A stretch of 64,000 nt of DNA from Spizellomyces punctatus DAOM BR117 (lineage: Eukaryota), in NCBI GenBank assembly GCA_000182565.2, contig KQ257455.1; one strand, given 5' to 3'. The position numbers and the translations under genes were made by a program. Positions 17,277-27,266 of this stretch are shown in pieces. The notes beneath the pieces were generated by a model. The model searched no databases, was not told the origin of the DNA, and saw only the letters and a list, made by a program, of their open reading frames with translations. Each line of letters begins with the position of its first letter. Position 1 is the stretch's first letter.

Positions 17277-18117
17277 ATGGACAATAACAAGGAGCTTGGA
17301 CCTGTATCGCCGAACGGTGTTGGTACTCTGCCTGTGCCGACAGCCCAGAATGCGCTTACAACATCCTTTTCTCTGCCTCCAACCACTTCCTATTATACCT
17401 CGCTACCGTCCAATGTCTTAGCCTACATAACCGCCCGAAATTCCAAAGCCCGTGCTGAAGCCCGCTCGCAACTATCACCCGAAGTTATCTGGACGCTCCA
17501 TCTTGGTTTTGCAGGAGCACTTGGAGGATTTATGACCGGCTTTTATCTTGGTGGACGACAGAGATCATATCAATTCCTGGCGGAGAATGCTCACCGAATG
17601 CCCAAAACCGTGGCAGGATGGTATTACTATCACAAGTACAAGAATTATGAGATTGCCCATTTTGGCTTCAAATCTGGGTTCAAATATGCTGGTCGGTTTG
17701 GGGCGATATCCGCTGGATTTGGAGCATCAGAAGCCCTTTTGGAGGCGCTGACGGGGAGGGAAAGCTGGGTCAACACCGTTGGAGCGGGTCTTGCGGCCTC
17801 CATAGCATTCTCGGCTGCAAGTACGTGTAAGATGTACGATACGTTTCTGAAGGAGCACCTTGCTAATTTGCAGTACACTCTCCTGCAGGTCGGCTAACAT
17901 ATCAATACGCCAAGTACGCCGTGCTATTTGGGCTGTGCTCATCTTTTGCGGTTGGCATGCTGGAAGACACGTATGCATATCTTTATGGTCGATCGGTCAA
18001 GTATGATCGCGTACGTTCCGGGGATAGCTTTTGGATACCAGGGTGGGATAGCATACATGACATGAAAAAGGAGCCACAATAAACTATTTTACCACCAAGA
18101 GCTTTCGGCATATGTGA
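17277..18117 (+). CDS. Tim17/Tim22/Tim23/PMP24-like membrane protein, 2 exons
   Basis: Gly-rich TM helices (GFAGALGGFMTGFYLGG; GAGLAAS) and the fungal motif FLAENAHRMPKTVAGWYYYHKYKNY. Intron near 17821-17888. Confidence 0.65.
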
Positions 18118-18311
18118 GCTTCCATCGTTAAAATGGTGACAACATGCCTTGATCAATACGTAGCACCCATTTGAACAGGAAGTTTCAGTGTGCTGGAACA
18201 CCTTATCACCATGCCTCTGTAAAATTCATTGGACAAGTTGATGCGCAATCCTGCGCTGCCTTGCAAGATCACCTAAAACTAACAGAAACTTCACTCCTCG
18301 ACTAGTTGACT

Positions 18312-18475
18312 GAATGTATCCACAGCATGAAACGGTACGGAAGGGTTGGGTCCTTTCGCCCGCGATTAAAATGGCGCACCGTAGTGCTTGCTCTGGCCTC
18401 CTCCTCATCGACAAAGCATTTCAAGAGACAAAACGTCAACTCATGCTCGTACGAAGAAATGATGAAAAAGGCGTT
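18312..18475 (-). ncRNA. Box H/ACA snoRNA, probable guide for the LSU rRNA pseudouridine equivalent to yeast U2314 (snR86/SNORA48-like target)
   Basis: Minus strand: 5' hairpin stabilised by G-U pairs, H box AGAGCA (18389-18394), small GCAC-UACG-GUGC hairpin, then a 3' hairpin with pocket strands UUAAUC (18364-18369) and UUCAUGC (18325-18331). ACA lies at 18315-18317, 14 nt after the upper stem. The pocket is complementary to the conserved LSU sequence GCAUGAA-U-G-GAUUAA. Confidence 0.85.
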
Positions 18476-18520
18476 CCAAATGTAAAGAAAAAAGGCGAGC
18501 AACAAAGAAAAAGTAGGCAG

Positions 18521-18528
18521 TATTTATA
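18521..18528 (-). promoter_or_regulatory. TATA box upstream of the H/ACA snoRNA
   Basis: TATAAATA on the minus strand, about 45 nt upstream of the predicted RNA. Confidence 0.6.
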
Positions 18529-18703
18529 CCCCCCGCAAGTGGCGCAGGTCATTCCTGCGCCATGGCAACGCGTTTCGACTGAATTTTGTTTTCGAACCAG
18601 CCCGCCAGTGAACAGGCGACAAGGTAACTGGGCTCGCTTCTTCTTGCTTCCCACACTCTACAACTGCAATATCTTCCCATCCACCGAGAAGGTCGCAGCA
18701 AAG

Positions 18704-19167
18704 ATGGTATGGTTTGGACACGAGTTATTTTATTTGGGCGGAGGAGTTGGACCTTTGCAGAGTGTCCATGGGTTGCTCAAATCGACGACGAGTTGACTGA
18801 TTGCGCATTTTCGGCTTTTATCAGCCCAAGCAGATAAAGGAGATCAAGGACTTCCTTATGACCGCCAGGCGTAAGGATGCCAAGTGTGAGTGTGGCTTCG
18901 AGAGCACGTTGCTGGAAAGGAACTGCTGGACTGACAACATGCCTGTTCTCTAGCCGTTAAGATTAAGAAGAACGCCAACCAGGTCAAGTTCAAGGTGCGC
19001 TGCTCAAAGTACCTGTACACGCTCGTCGTCGCTGATGCGGAGAAGGCCGAGAAGTTGAAGCAGTCCTTGCCCCCGGGTTGGTGCTCTTACATACCAGTGA
19101 ATGTTTATTGTCTGCGCTAACCTAGTATCATGTCTTGTTAACAGGTTTGGAGGTTAAGAACATTTAA
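18704..19167 (+). CDS. RPL38: 60S ribosomal protein L38 (eL38); first coding exon is only the ATG
   Basis: ATG|GTATGG...[23 protein letters not shown]...[25 protein letters not shown]...[10 protein letters not shown]. Confidence 0.95.
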
Positions 19168-19349
19168 ATGTTTAGATAGCCCGTTTCCCGACTTCAATAA
19201 ATACTTCTTGTGCCGCTTATATTGTGGTTCACCTGGATACATTTCTGCTGTTTAAAACTGGAAGGAGTAAAATGCGACAATCTGGACAAGAGCACTATGC
19301 CGTATTCATCAGAGTAGAGTCAAGGGATTTGTTGGCCTACTTTATACAA

Positions 19350-21242
19350 TTACACCGGGATATACCATCGCCATATGTCATCGCTATTTTCATCTGTTGG
19401 GCTTTCCTGCTTTACACTCGTATCCACCGGTAGAACGAATGCGTTTGGGTCATTCCCGTCGTCAAACACATTGACTGGCGTGATGGTGACCACGTCTATT
19501 TCTTCACCGGTGTCTTCTTCCTGTACCGCACGCTTCTCTGGTTCTTCATTCTGTGCGATAATAACCATGTCGGTTTTCCACAAGGACTACCCCATAGATG
19601 CAGCGATACACTTACTTCATCAAACTCACTCTCCCGTTCATCATATTCTTCATTATCCTCCATTTCTTCAAAGTCTAAATGTGGTAGATCTCAATGCTTA
19701 GGCACCAGCACAATGAGCAATAGGATGGATTACCTGGCGCCAATGCCGAGTATTTTTGTACATAACTGGCGGACCAAATGTAAATGATTCCAGACAATCC
19801 TATGGAGGCCAACATCGGTTTAAATGGATGCGCCTATGCACAAATTTGTGAGCCGCGACAAGGAGACGGATTGAATAGGGTACCAACCGCAACGTCCACT
19901 AATCCGTCTTTCTCCCCCTCGAGCATTCTGATTAAATTTCCAATGTGCCTGTTCCACAGGTAGATATGATGCGTATGCTTAGCGGTTGATCCTAAAGCCA
20001 TTGATGAGTCCAGGCGACAAACTAGCAATACAAGTTGAACGTACCTCCGATGACATATTCCCCGTCAGCGCTGAAGCAGCATTTTGCCCATTGGCTTCGG
20101 TTCACTGAGTCCAAAAATTTCTGTTCATTGTCCAATACTATAGTATCCGCATCTTGTTCCACAATGAAAACCCTTATTGTTTTGTCATTCGAATTCACGA
20201 CAAGGTCCCTTTGTTGTGAAAGAGGGTTTAGTCTGTAACGCCTAGAGGAATCGACCCTTCAACTGTTCATACCGGCCCTTTGCGTCAAAATGCATCCCTC
20301 GAATTCCAGTACTAGTGGCCCGAATGACATTGCAAACCTAATAGCGCATGATTATCAAGTGCGCACAGCGAAACACACTCACAGACGGCAGGAGAAATGT
20401 CGAACCTTGAGAGTTTCTGTGTTCAGCACAACGATGCTGCCTTTATGGCTCCCGATGAAGACATTATTCCCATATGGAGCAAAACACACAGCCGTGCACC
20501 GTTCATCCCAAGCCTTTCTGCAAATGAGTCAATAGTTGCCACTGACCCAAACTCAATAGCTGGAGAAGATACCTTGAGGAGTTCACCAGAGGCCTCAAAT
20601 GCAGCGGGAAAATCGAATCGCTCTATCTTCCCCCCGAGATTCTCAGAAAGCCGAACGCAGACTGCTGAACCACCATGCAACAGCGCAACAAAGAGATTGC
20701 TACAGGAAACGTTTGATGAGCCAAAACAGAAGCACCTGGTCAAAAGATCCACAAATGGTACTGACGTGTTCAAGGGATGCATTTGAGCTGAAATGACAGG
20801 GCAGTCGAATCGAATCGTTCTTGCTCTTGACCCATCCATCAAATCCCAATATATACCATTCCAATCCGACGACGCGGTCAAAATATATCGTCCAGATCGT
20901 GACCAACTAGAGATATAATAGTTGGGATGACAGCAACATGATCGTAAATAGTTCCGGGCTCAGCACGAACCTGACCGAATTTATGGAATGTACGTGTCCT
21001 GTTAGCGTTCTCGCTATGCCTCGTGTATCCATGTCCCATATAGTGCACACTCCCCTGACGGACCCCGCAGCCAGGAGGTTACCCTGGTAGTTGAAAGAGC
21101 AGCATACTGCACTGTCCTCGCTAGTGAGCTTGTATGCAATGACCTCTGGAATATGCTGACCGAAGGGATCTACGTGGACATATTTAGGAAAATATTATTG
21201 GATAGTCCATGTTCTCATCCTACCAAGCAGCTCCAAATTCAT
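19350..21242 (-). CDS. SWD1: COMPASS subunit Swd1/RBBP5 (WD40), multi-exon
   Basis: MNLELLDPF start, DFLDSVNRSQWAKCCFSADGEY-like segment (FLDSVNRSQW...), IYLWNRHIGNLIRMLEG, DEFD motif, EEIDVVT. Confidence 0.88.
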
Positions 21243-22268
21243 GTTGCCCCCATGCGGTCTGCCAGTGGGCCAGACTGCAAGTCAACAAAAAAGAGGCCAC
21301 TTTGTGCGGTCTCCAAAGGCTAGCACGCACGGAAACAGATCTGGCGGGAATTCTACGCTCAATCACAATTGCGATCGTTGAGATCTCCAAGCTCTGATGA
21401 TGATATCTGTATCTGTGGGGGGAAAAGATGACAGCCTGGGAAAATGGGCACGATGACTTATATAGGATCTTTTGGATCAAATCATAGTTCATGAGTCTAA
21501 ATCGAGTAAAATGATGATTAAATTGGTTGGAATCTATGTACTAGTGCCAATACCCATCGGCTCACCAATATGGATGGTTAAGAACACGAAGCCTGGCTGT
21601 GCCATGTTTAAAGTGTTATCTTGGCCAGAATCTATCGGCTACGCATTATTTGATGATGCAAAAGTCCTGGACCTACACAGATGCAACACCGGCTTCCCCA
21701 AAGTCACCAAACTTATACTTTGGTCTAAAAGTCGTATGGGGGCTTGATCAGACGAAATTGACCGCTGACTCGATGGAGTACGTTGATGCATATATGACAC
21801 GCAGAGCAAAGCAGTCTACGTCATACTGAAAAACTCAACTCATGCATACATATATAATTGCGGTCGAGTAGCGATCCCCCTGCCAGTGTGCTCAGAGTAT
21901 TCTAGGACACCGCCAGCTTCAAGATAGGACCTTTTGATGGGCACGGATCACGTGATAAGTGTCGTCCTCAACAAGATACGCGCTGCCTGGCATTCCTCTA
22001 CCACCACTGTCGTTGAAACGGATTTAATTCAAGTCCTCAACCTTCATAACCGCTGTAAGTATCTAAACAATGATTGCTGGAGAAAAGAGGATGGAGGAAA
22101 TATATAGTGAGGTGGTTGGCCAGTTGGATGGATGGATGGATGGATCATAGTTGCTGGGCACGAATTTGTTTGCTGCCCCATTGAACATGCATGCAACACG
22201 ACTCGCTCCAGGTTGAAGAACATGAAAACTGAAACTTGGCCTGATCATATCTTGGACCTGGTAGAAAG

Positions 22269-22677
22269 ATGAAGCACCTTGCAGCCTACCTGCTCGCCAC
22301 CCTTGGCGGTAACGAATCCCCTTCCGCTGCGGACATCAAGAAAATCCTCAGCGCTGTCGGTATTGAGGCCGAGGAGGAGCGGATCTCCAAGCTCATTGCT
22401 GAACTCAATGGAAAGGACATCAACGAGGTGGGATATGCGCTGTGTTGAGGAACAAGGGGACCATGGGAAACTCAACATACGTCTATTTTGGTCATTTCAC
22501 TAGTTGATCGCTGAAGGTTCCAAGAAACTTTCCTCTCTCCCTGCTGGTGGTGCCGCCCCTGCTGCGGGTGGTGCTGCCGCTGCCGGTGGTGCTGCTGCGG
22601 AAGCTCCCAAGGAAGAGAAGAAGGAAGAGGCTAAGGAGGAGTCTGACGACGAGATGGGCTTCGGTCTATTCGACTAA
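22269..22677 (+). CDS. RPP2: 60S acidic ribosomal protein P2; 5'UTR intron at 22055-22264
   Basis: [33 protein letters not shown]...[13 protein letters not shown]. Confidence 0.96.
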
Positions 22678-23306
22678 GCTCGGCATTGTTAAATATATTC
22701 GTTACTCCTTACAAGCAGTGCGCACTATGATTTCTGTAGTTCCTTATGGAATGCCGGGTTGGTAGCTTTGACTTCATTGGATTAGGGAGTGGATTCTGCA
22801 AGAGAAGTCAGCGCTAAGTGACTTTGAGCATTGCCATATGGTAAAGTTTAGGGCGAAAGGTACTGTTGCAGAGAAGCATTGACGGAAGTCGGAACCACAT
22901 GTGTGCTTGTCATCGAACAGATATATCCCAATGGTGCCCGGGATCTGGGAAAGGATTGTTCAACCTTTTTTTGACAGTTTGGCCCAGACCTTCTCCAAGG
23001 CAATCATTTACAATGATGCGGCTCTTTAGTTTGTAGATCGCAACCGGACATCAACTTGAGACTTGTTTCTTCTCGTTAGGAACAGTTTAAATTCTCTAAG
23101 TTCCTTATATTGCAATAACCATGTCTGTTGAGGCAGTTCGTTGCTATGGAGATCCTATCAAGGGAAACACTTGCTACAACATGGATTTGCGCAGATGCAC
23201 GATGCACCTTTGCGCCTTGGTCTAAAGATAGCATGCCAATTGTGCGCCAGCTAATCCTGATCAATTTCTACAAAAGCGAACCGTTGTATATCATTTGCAG
23301 CCGGAA

Positions 23307-23993
23307 ATGAACGACAAAATCAGATCGCGAATCACAGAGTTGGAGAGCGTCGCAAAGCAGATCACCAGTGCCCAAAAGGAAACTCGTCGAACTTCGATTG
23401 CGAGAAACCGAGCTACGAAAAGACTTGGGAATCTTGTTTTCTGAGAGAATACATGACAAAACTCTGCTGTCCCATCTTCATGTCAGTCGAGATTTGAGTA
23501 ATCTGATTGAGCGTTACAACGAGATCAGCGCTTTCAAAAAGACCTGTCGCTGATTCCGCCGCCCAAAGGATTTCACGAATTCTAGAGAACTCGGCATTTG
23601 CTGTCCTCTCTGACAGAAGTCAGCTTGCCTCTACATGATGTAGAGTTTCAAGGTGGTAAACACAAACATATATTTCGCTATTTGGTAGGAACCACCGGAC
23701 CTTTGTGCGATTGGATCGATTTCAACGTGGTAGAGAAAGAGCTGGCAGTTCAAAATTGCATTCTTCAGCTGTCCAGCATGTTCGACGCTAACTATATTGG
23801 CGGAAAAAGTGGAGACATGTACGAATGCCGAGTGTGTATGGTCTCCAATGTTCAAATGGTTGCTCTCACCGTTTGTGGGCACGTGATATGCGAAGCTTGC
23901 AGCAAAAGGCTCGATCGCTGTCCCGTCTGCAAAAAATGGTTGGGATCGACCTTCACGGAGCGCACAAACGTTGCGAAGAAAATTTACTTGTAG
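23307..23993 (+). pseudogene. Coiled-coil + C3HC4 RING finger gene, apparently disrupted
   Basis: C-terminal CRVC...CGHVICEAC...CPVC RING. The upstream coiled coil (MNDKIRSRITELESVAKQITSAQK / LVELRLRETELRKDLG) is split across frames, and there is an in-frame TAG at 23583-23585. One break could be an intron (23482-23585). Confidence 0.5.
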
Positions 23994-24027
23994 TTTTAGT
24001 CGCCGGCGGTGCGGGGTCATGTGGGGT

Positions 24028-24058
24028 ACGCCAATGGGAACGCCAATGGGAACGCCAA
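24028..24058 (+). repeat. 12-bp tandem repeat ACGCCAATGGGA x2.6
   Basis: acgccaatggga acgccaatggga acgccaa, read directly. Confidence 0.85.
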
Positions 24059-25421
24059 ATGCTCTTAACTCAGTCCCGTCACATATCAAAAATCAGACCG
24101 CCCGCGCAGGTCGCGGTGGGGAAGATAATCGATGTTTCCGGGAGGGGCGTTCAGGAGAGGGCAATCTGTAAAGCGCAGGCCCAGCGACCATAGAGAGCCA
24201 AAACAAACGAGAAAGGGGCCGTAACCCTTCACTCCGCCCGTCACCGCATAGCATGGTATTGCCATGCGTTTAACAATCCTTCATACAAAACCGCGGCCAA
24301 CATGTCATTCACCCCGTCATTGGATTTCTTCCGGACGCGTTATTATTCGTCCGAGTCGTCTTCAGTCTTAATTAGACTCCTACACATTCTATCCTGTGAC
24401 ATAATATCTATTAGCCATCTATCGGAACTAATTTTAACATGGCACTTTTTCAATAGAGCGTATTTAATTCAAATTGAGGTACTTTTCACTGTCTTAAAGA
24501 GGCGACAGGGCGCTTTCAGAGGTTTACGTATAATTTGTAACTCATCTTTGGCCCCTCATTTGCCGGACATGTGAGCAATTCATTGGCGGTATGAGGTTCA
24601 ATGTAATAATACAGATTCCACCGGATGTCCATTCCCGCACGACTTAGATGCACGTCACCCTACCTAACGATGGTGATTATCGGCGATGCCGTAGTCATTC
24701 ACACTGTCTTTCATTGAAATAGCATTGACGGCGCATAATCCTCCCCTCAATCTCTTCGCAAACCATCTTCAGCCCTGTTCCCTCTCGCATGCATTTTTCT
24801 ACTGGGCAGTCGAATAGTCGTTAGTACGCTGCTGATCGTAGGTAACCGACGCATTTAAACGTGCCATTTCGAAGGGGGAAATGCATGTAAGGAGGCGAGT
24901 GTCAAACATTCAGAGATCTTTGCAAATGGGCTATCAACACTCATATGGGACTCTGTGAGACTGACAGTAACCAACTTGTCAATGAAAGTGTAATATTAAA
25001 TCCCTGAACGCAATCGGGGATGACCTGGCCGCATTTACTTTCGTAGACAGGAAGCTTGGCACGTTATATCATCTCTTTGACATAAGAACGGTTCTGTGTC
25101 CCTCCAGATACTTCATTTTGCTGCTATGCGCCACGATGAGGAAAACCAAAGGGGTGCAAGCAGGAATAGTAATATAATTATGCACGCAGCGATCAAATCA
25201 GTGTGCCATGCTGTGCTCTTCTTTGTCAGGTGGAAGTTAACGACCAACTAACTGATTGTAACAAACAATCTATGGTTTGATGAGCCTGGTCTGTATGTCA
25301 AAAATGAACGCTGAAATACCAGCTCCCCATGCCCCATCCCCTCCCACAGCTGCAATCTGCCCATTTACACTCAGTGTAATCCAACTAATTGTACCCCTCT
25401 TCAGTATACTCCTGCTCCGTA

Positions 25422-27266
25422 ATGGACGTCGCTTTCCAAGACATCTCTTATTCGATTACTCGCAAAGGCCGGCTCCCATGCTCCGAATCAATTGAGATGT
25501 CCATCCTGGATAACCTCACCGCGCGCTTCAAATGCGGGCATCTAGTGGGCATTCTCGGTGAAAGCGGAAGTGGCAAGAGTACGTTGATTGATATTCTTGC
25601 AGGTGTTTCGAAGATGGGCAAAGTATCCGGACATGTCTTGTACAATGGTATCCTCCGGACAAAAACCAATGAAGTTGCCTTTCATCCTCTGATTGGATAT
25701 ATACCGCAAGACGATGTGTTTATGCCGAACCTGACTGTCCGCGAGACCCTCCTATATTCTGTGCAACTGCGGGTTCCGAATCTGAGCCGCTCCCAGCAAC
25801 AGGAGCGAGTGAACGAGGTTTTAGATACGCTCAATCTCACTTACGTTGCCGAGACCCGCGTGGGCGATCCTCTCAAACGCGGCATTTCCGGCGGTGAACG
25901 CAGAAGGCTTTCAATTGGCGTCGAGCTGGTGGCATATCCTGCCTTACTCCTTTGTGATGAAATCACCAGCGGCTTAGACGCATTCAATGCCCTAAATACA
26001 ATGCGGACTCTTCGGACTCTGTGCGATACCGGAAAGCACACGGTCGTATGCGCAATTCATCAGCCGCGTTCGTCCATCTTTGCAATGTTTGACGACATTC
26101 TACTGTTAGCGAGCGGCCGATGCGTTTATGCTGGATCATCGGAGGATATGATGACGTACTTTGAGACTATGGGGTTGAAATGCCCCATACATAGTAACCC
26201 AGCGGATTGGGCGCTAGACGTTGTGGAACTCAGTCGCAATCAGGTTGGAGACGAGATGCAGGTGATTCACATTGGGGGACGTAGCCCTGACGATAAGTTT
26301 GTGAAAATGAGGAGTTGTACAAACGATTGTAGTGACTCTGACAGCTCGGTATCGTTCACCACCTTGGTCGGTGCGTTTGAAACGTCAGGCTACCAAACCG
26401 GTCTCAAAACGGAACTAAGCAACCTACGTACGGTTTTTGCAAATACCGATGCCCGACGCGCACAGAAAGCTTCCCTTCTCCGCCAAACGCTAGTTCTCAC
26501 ACGCCGACTTGCCACGCAGACCAGACGTGACAAAGTCTTGGTTGCCATCCGATTCTTTACGTCCGTCCTTTTAGGCCTCCTCGGCGGATTCATGTTCTTT
26601 CCGCGCAAGCATGGAGCCGAATCCGCCGAAGCGCGCGTATATGCAATCAACTACGTTATCTGTGCTTACTGTTTTTCCTGCGTTCCGACCGTCACAAAGG
26701 CAATAGAAGACCGTGTCCTGTTCATCCGCGAACACTCGCGGGGCTGTGTGTCTCTCATGCCGTATCTTCTTTCCTACGCGGCCATTGAATTACCAGTACT
26801 GCTCATCAACGCAATGATATTTTCGTCCATCACTTATTGGATGATCGACTTTTACAAGGATGTATGGCACTTTCTCTTTTTTATCGTGGTCGTTACAATG
26901 TCGATCTTTGCAGGGTTTTCGGCAGCTCAGATGTGCGCGTCGGCTGTGAACTCTGCGATGCACGCGTTGGTTCTATTGGCCGGGTTATCGGTGTACCAGT
27001 TTCTGCTCGCGGGAACCTCACTTCCGAAAAGCGACATTGGGGTACCGTGGCTATTCTACACATCCTATTTCTATTTTGGAGCAAACGCTCTAATTCTGAA
27101 CGAGTTTGGTGATAGAGACTGGGTGTTACCGAAGCTTGAGGACAACTGGAGGATCCATTCGGCCAAGAAAGGGTGGAGTTTGGTTTGGTTGGGTCTGCAT
27201 ATTGTACTGTACCGGGTGGCCAGTTATCTGCTCCTCAAGTGGCGAGTGTCAAAATCAAAATCTTAA
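25422..27266 (+). CDS. ABCG (White-type) half-transporter, uninterrupted ORF
   Basis: Walker A GESGSGKS, signature ISGGERRR, Walker B LLLCDEITSGLD, IHQP switch, NPADWALD, and a C-terminal ABC2 membrane domain. Confidence 0.93.
   Translation: MDVAFQDISYSITRKGRLPCSESIEMSILDNLTARFKCGHLVGILGESGSGKSTLIDILAGVSKMGKVSGHVLYNGILRTKTNEVAFHPLIGYIPQDDVFMPNLTVRETLLYSVQLRVPNLSRSQQQERVNEVLDTLNLTYVAETRVGDPLKRGISGGERRRLSIGVELVAYPALLLCDEITSGLDAFNALNTMRTLRTLCDTGKHTVVCAIHQPRSSIFAMFDDILLLASGRCVYAGSSEDMMTYFETMGLKCPIHSNPADWALDVVELSRNQVGDEMQVIHIGGRSPDDKFVKMRSCTNDCSDSDSSVSFTTLVGAFETSGYQTGLKTELSNLRTVFANTDARRAQKASLLRQTLVLTRRLATQTRRDKVLVAIRFFTSVLLGLLGGFMFFPRKHGAESAEARVYAINYVICAYCFSCVPTVTKAIEDRVLFIREHSRGCVSLMPYLLSYAAIELPVLLINAMIFSSITYWMIDFYKDVWHFLFFIVVVTMSIFAGFSAAQMCASAVNSAMHALVLLAGLSVYQFLLAGTSLPKSDIGVPWLFYTSYFYFGANALILNEFGDRDWVLPKLEDNWRIHSAKKGWSLVWLGLHIVLYRVASYLLLKWRVSKSKS

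Noticed and set aside
18314-18796. 160-aa plus-strand ORF
   Set aside because: No motifs. It overlaps the snoRNA, the promoter and RPL38 intron 1.
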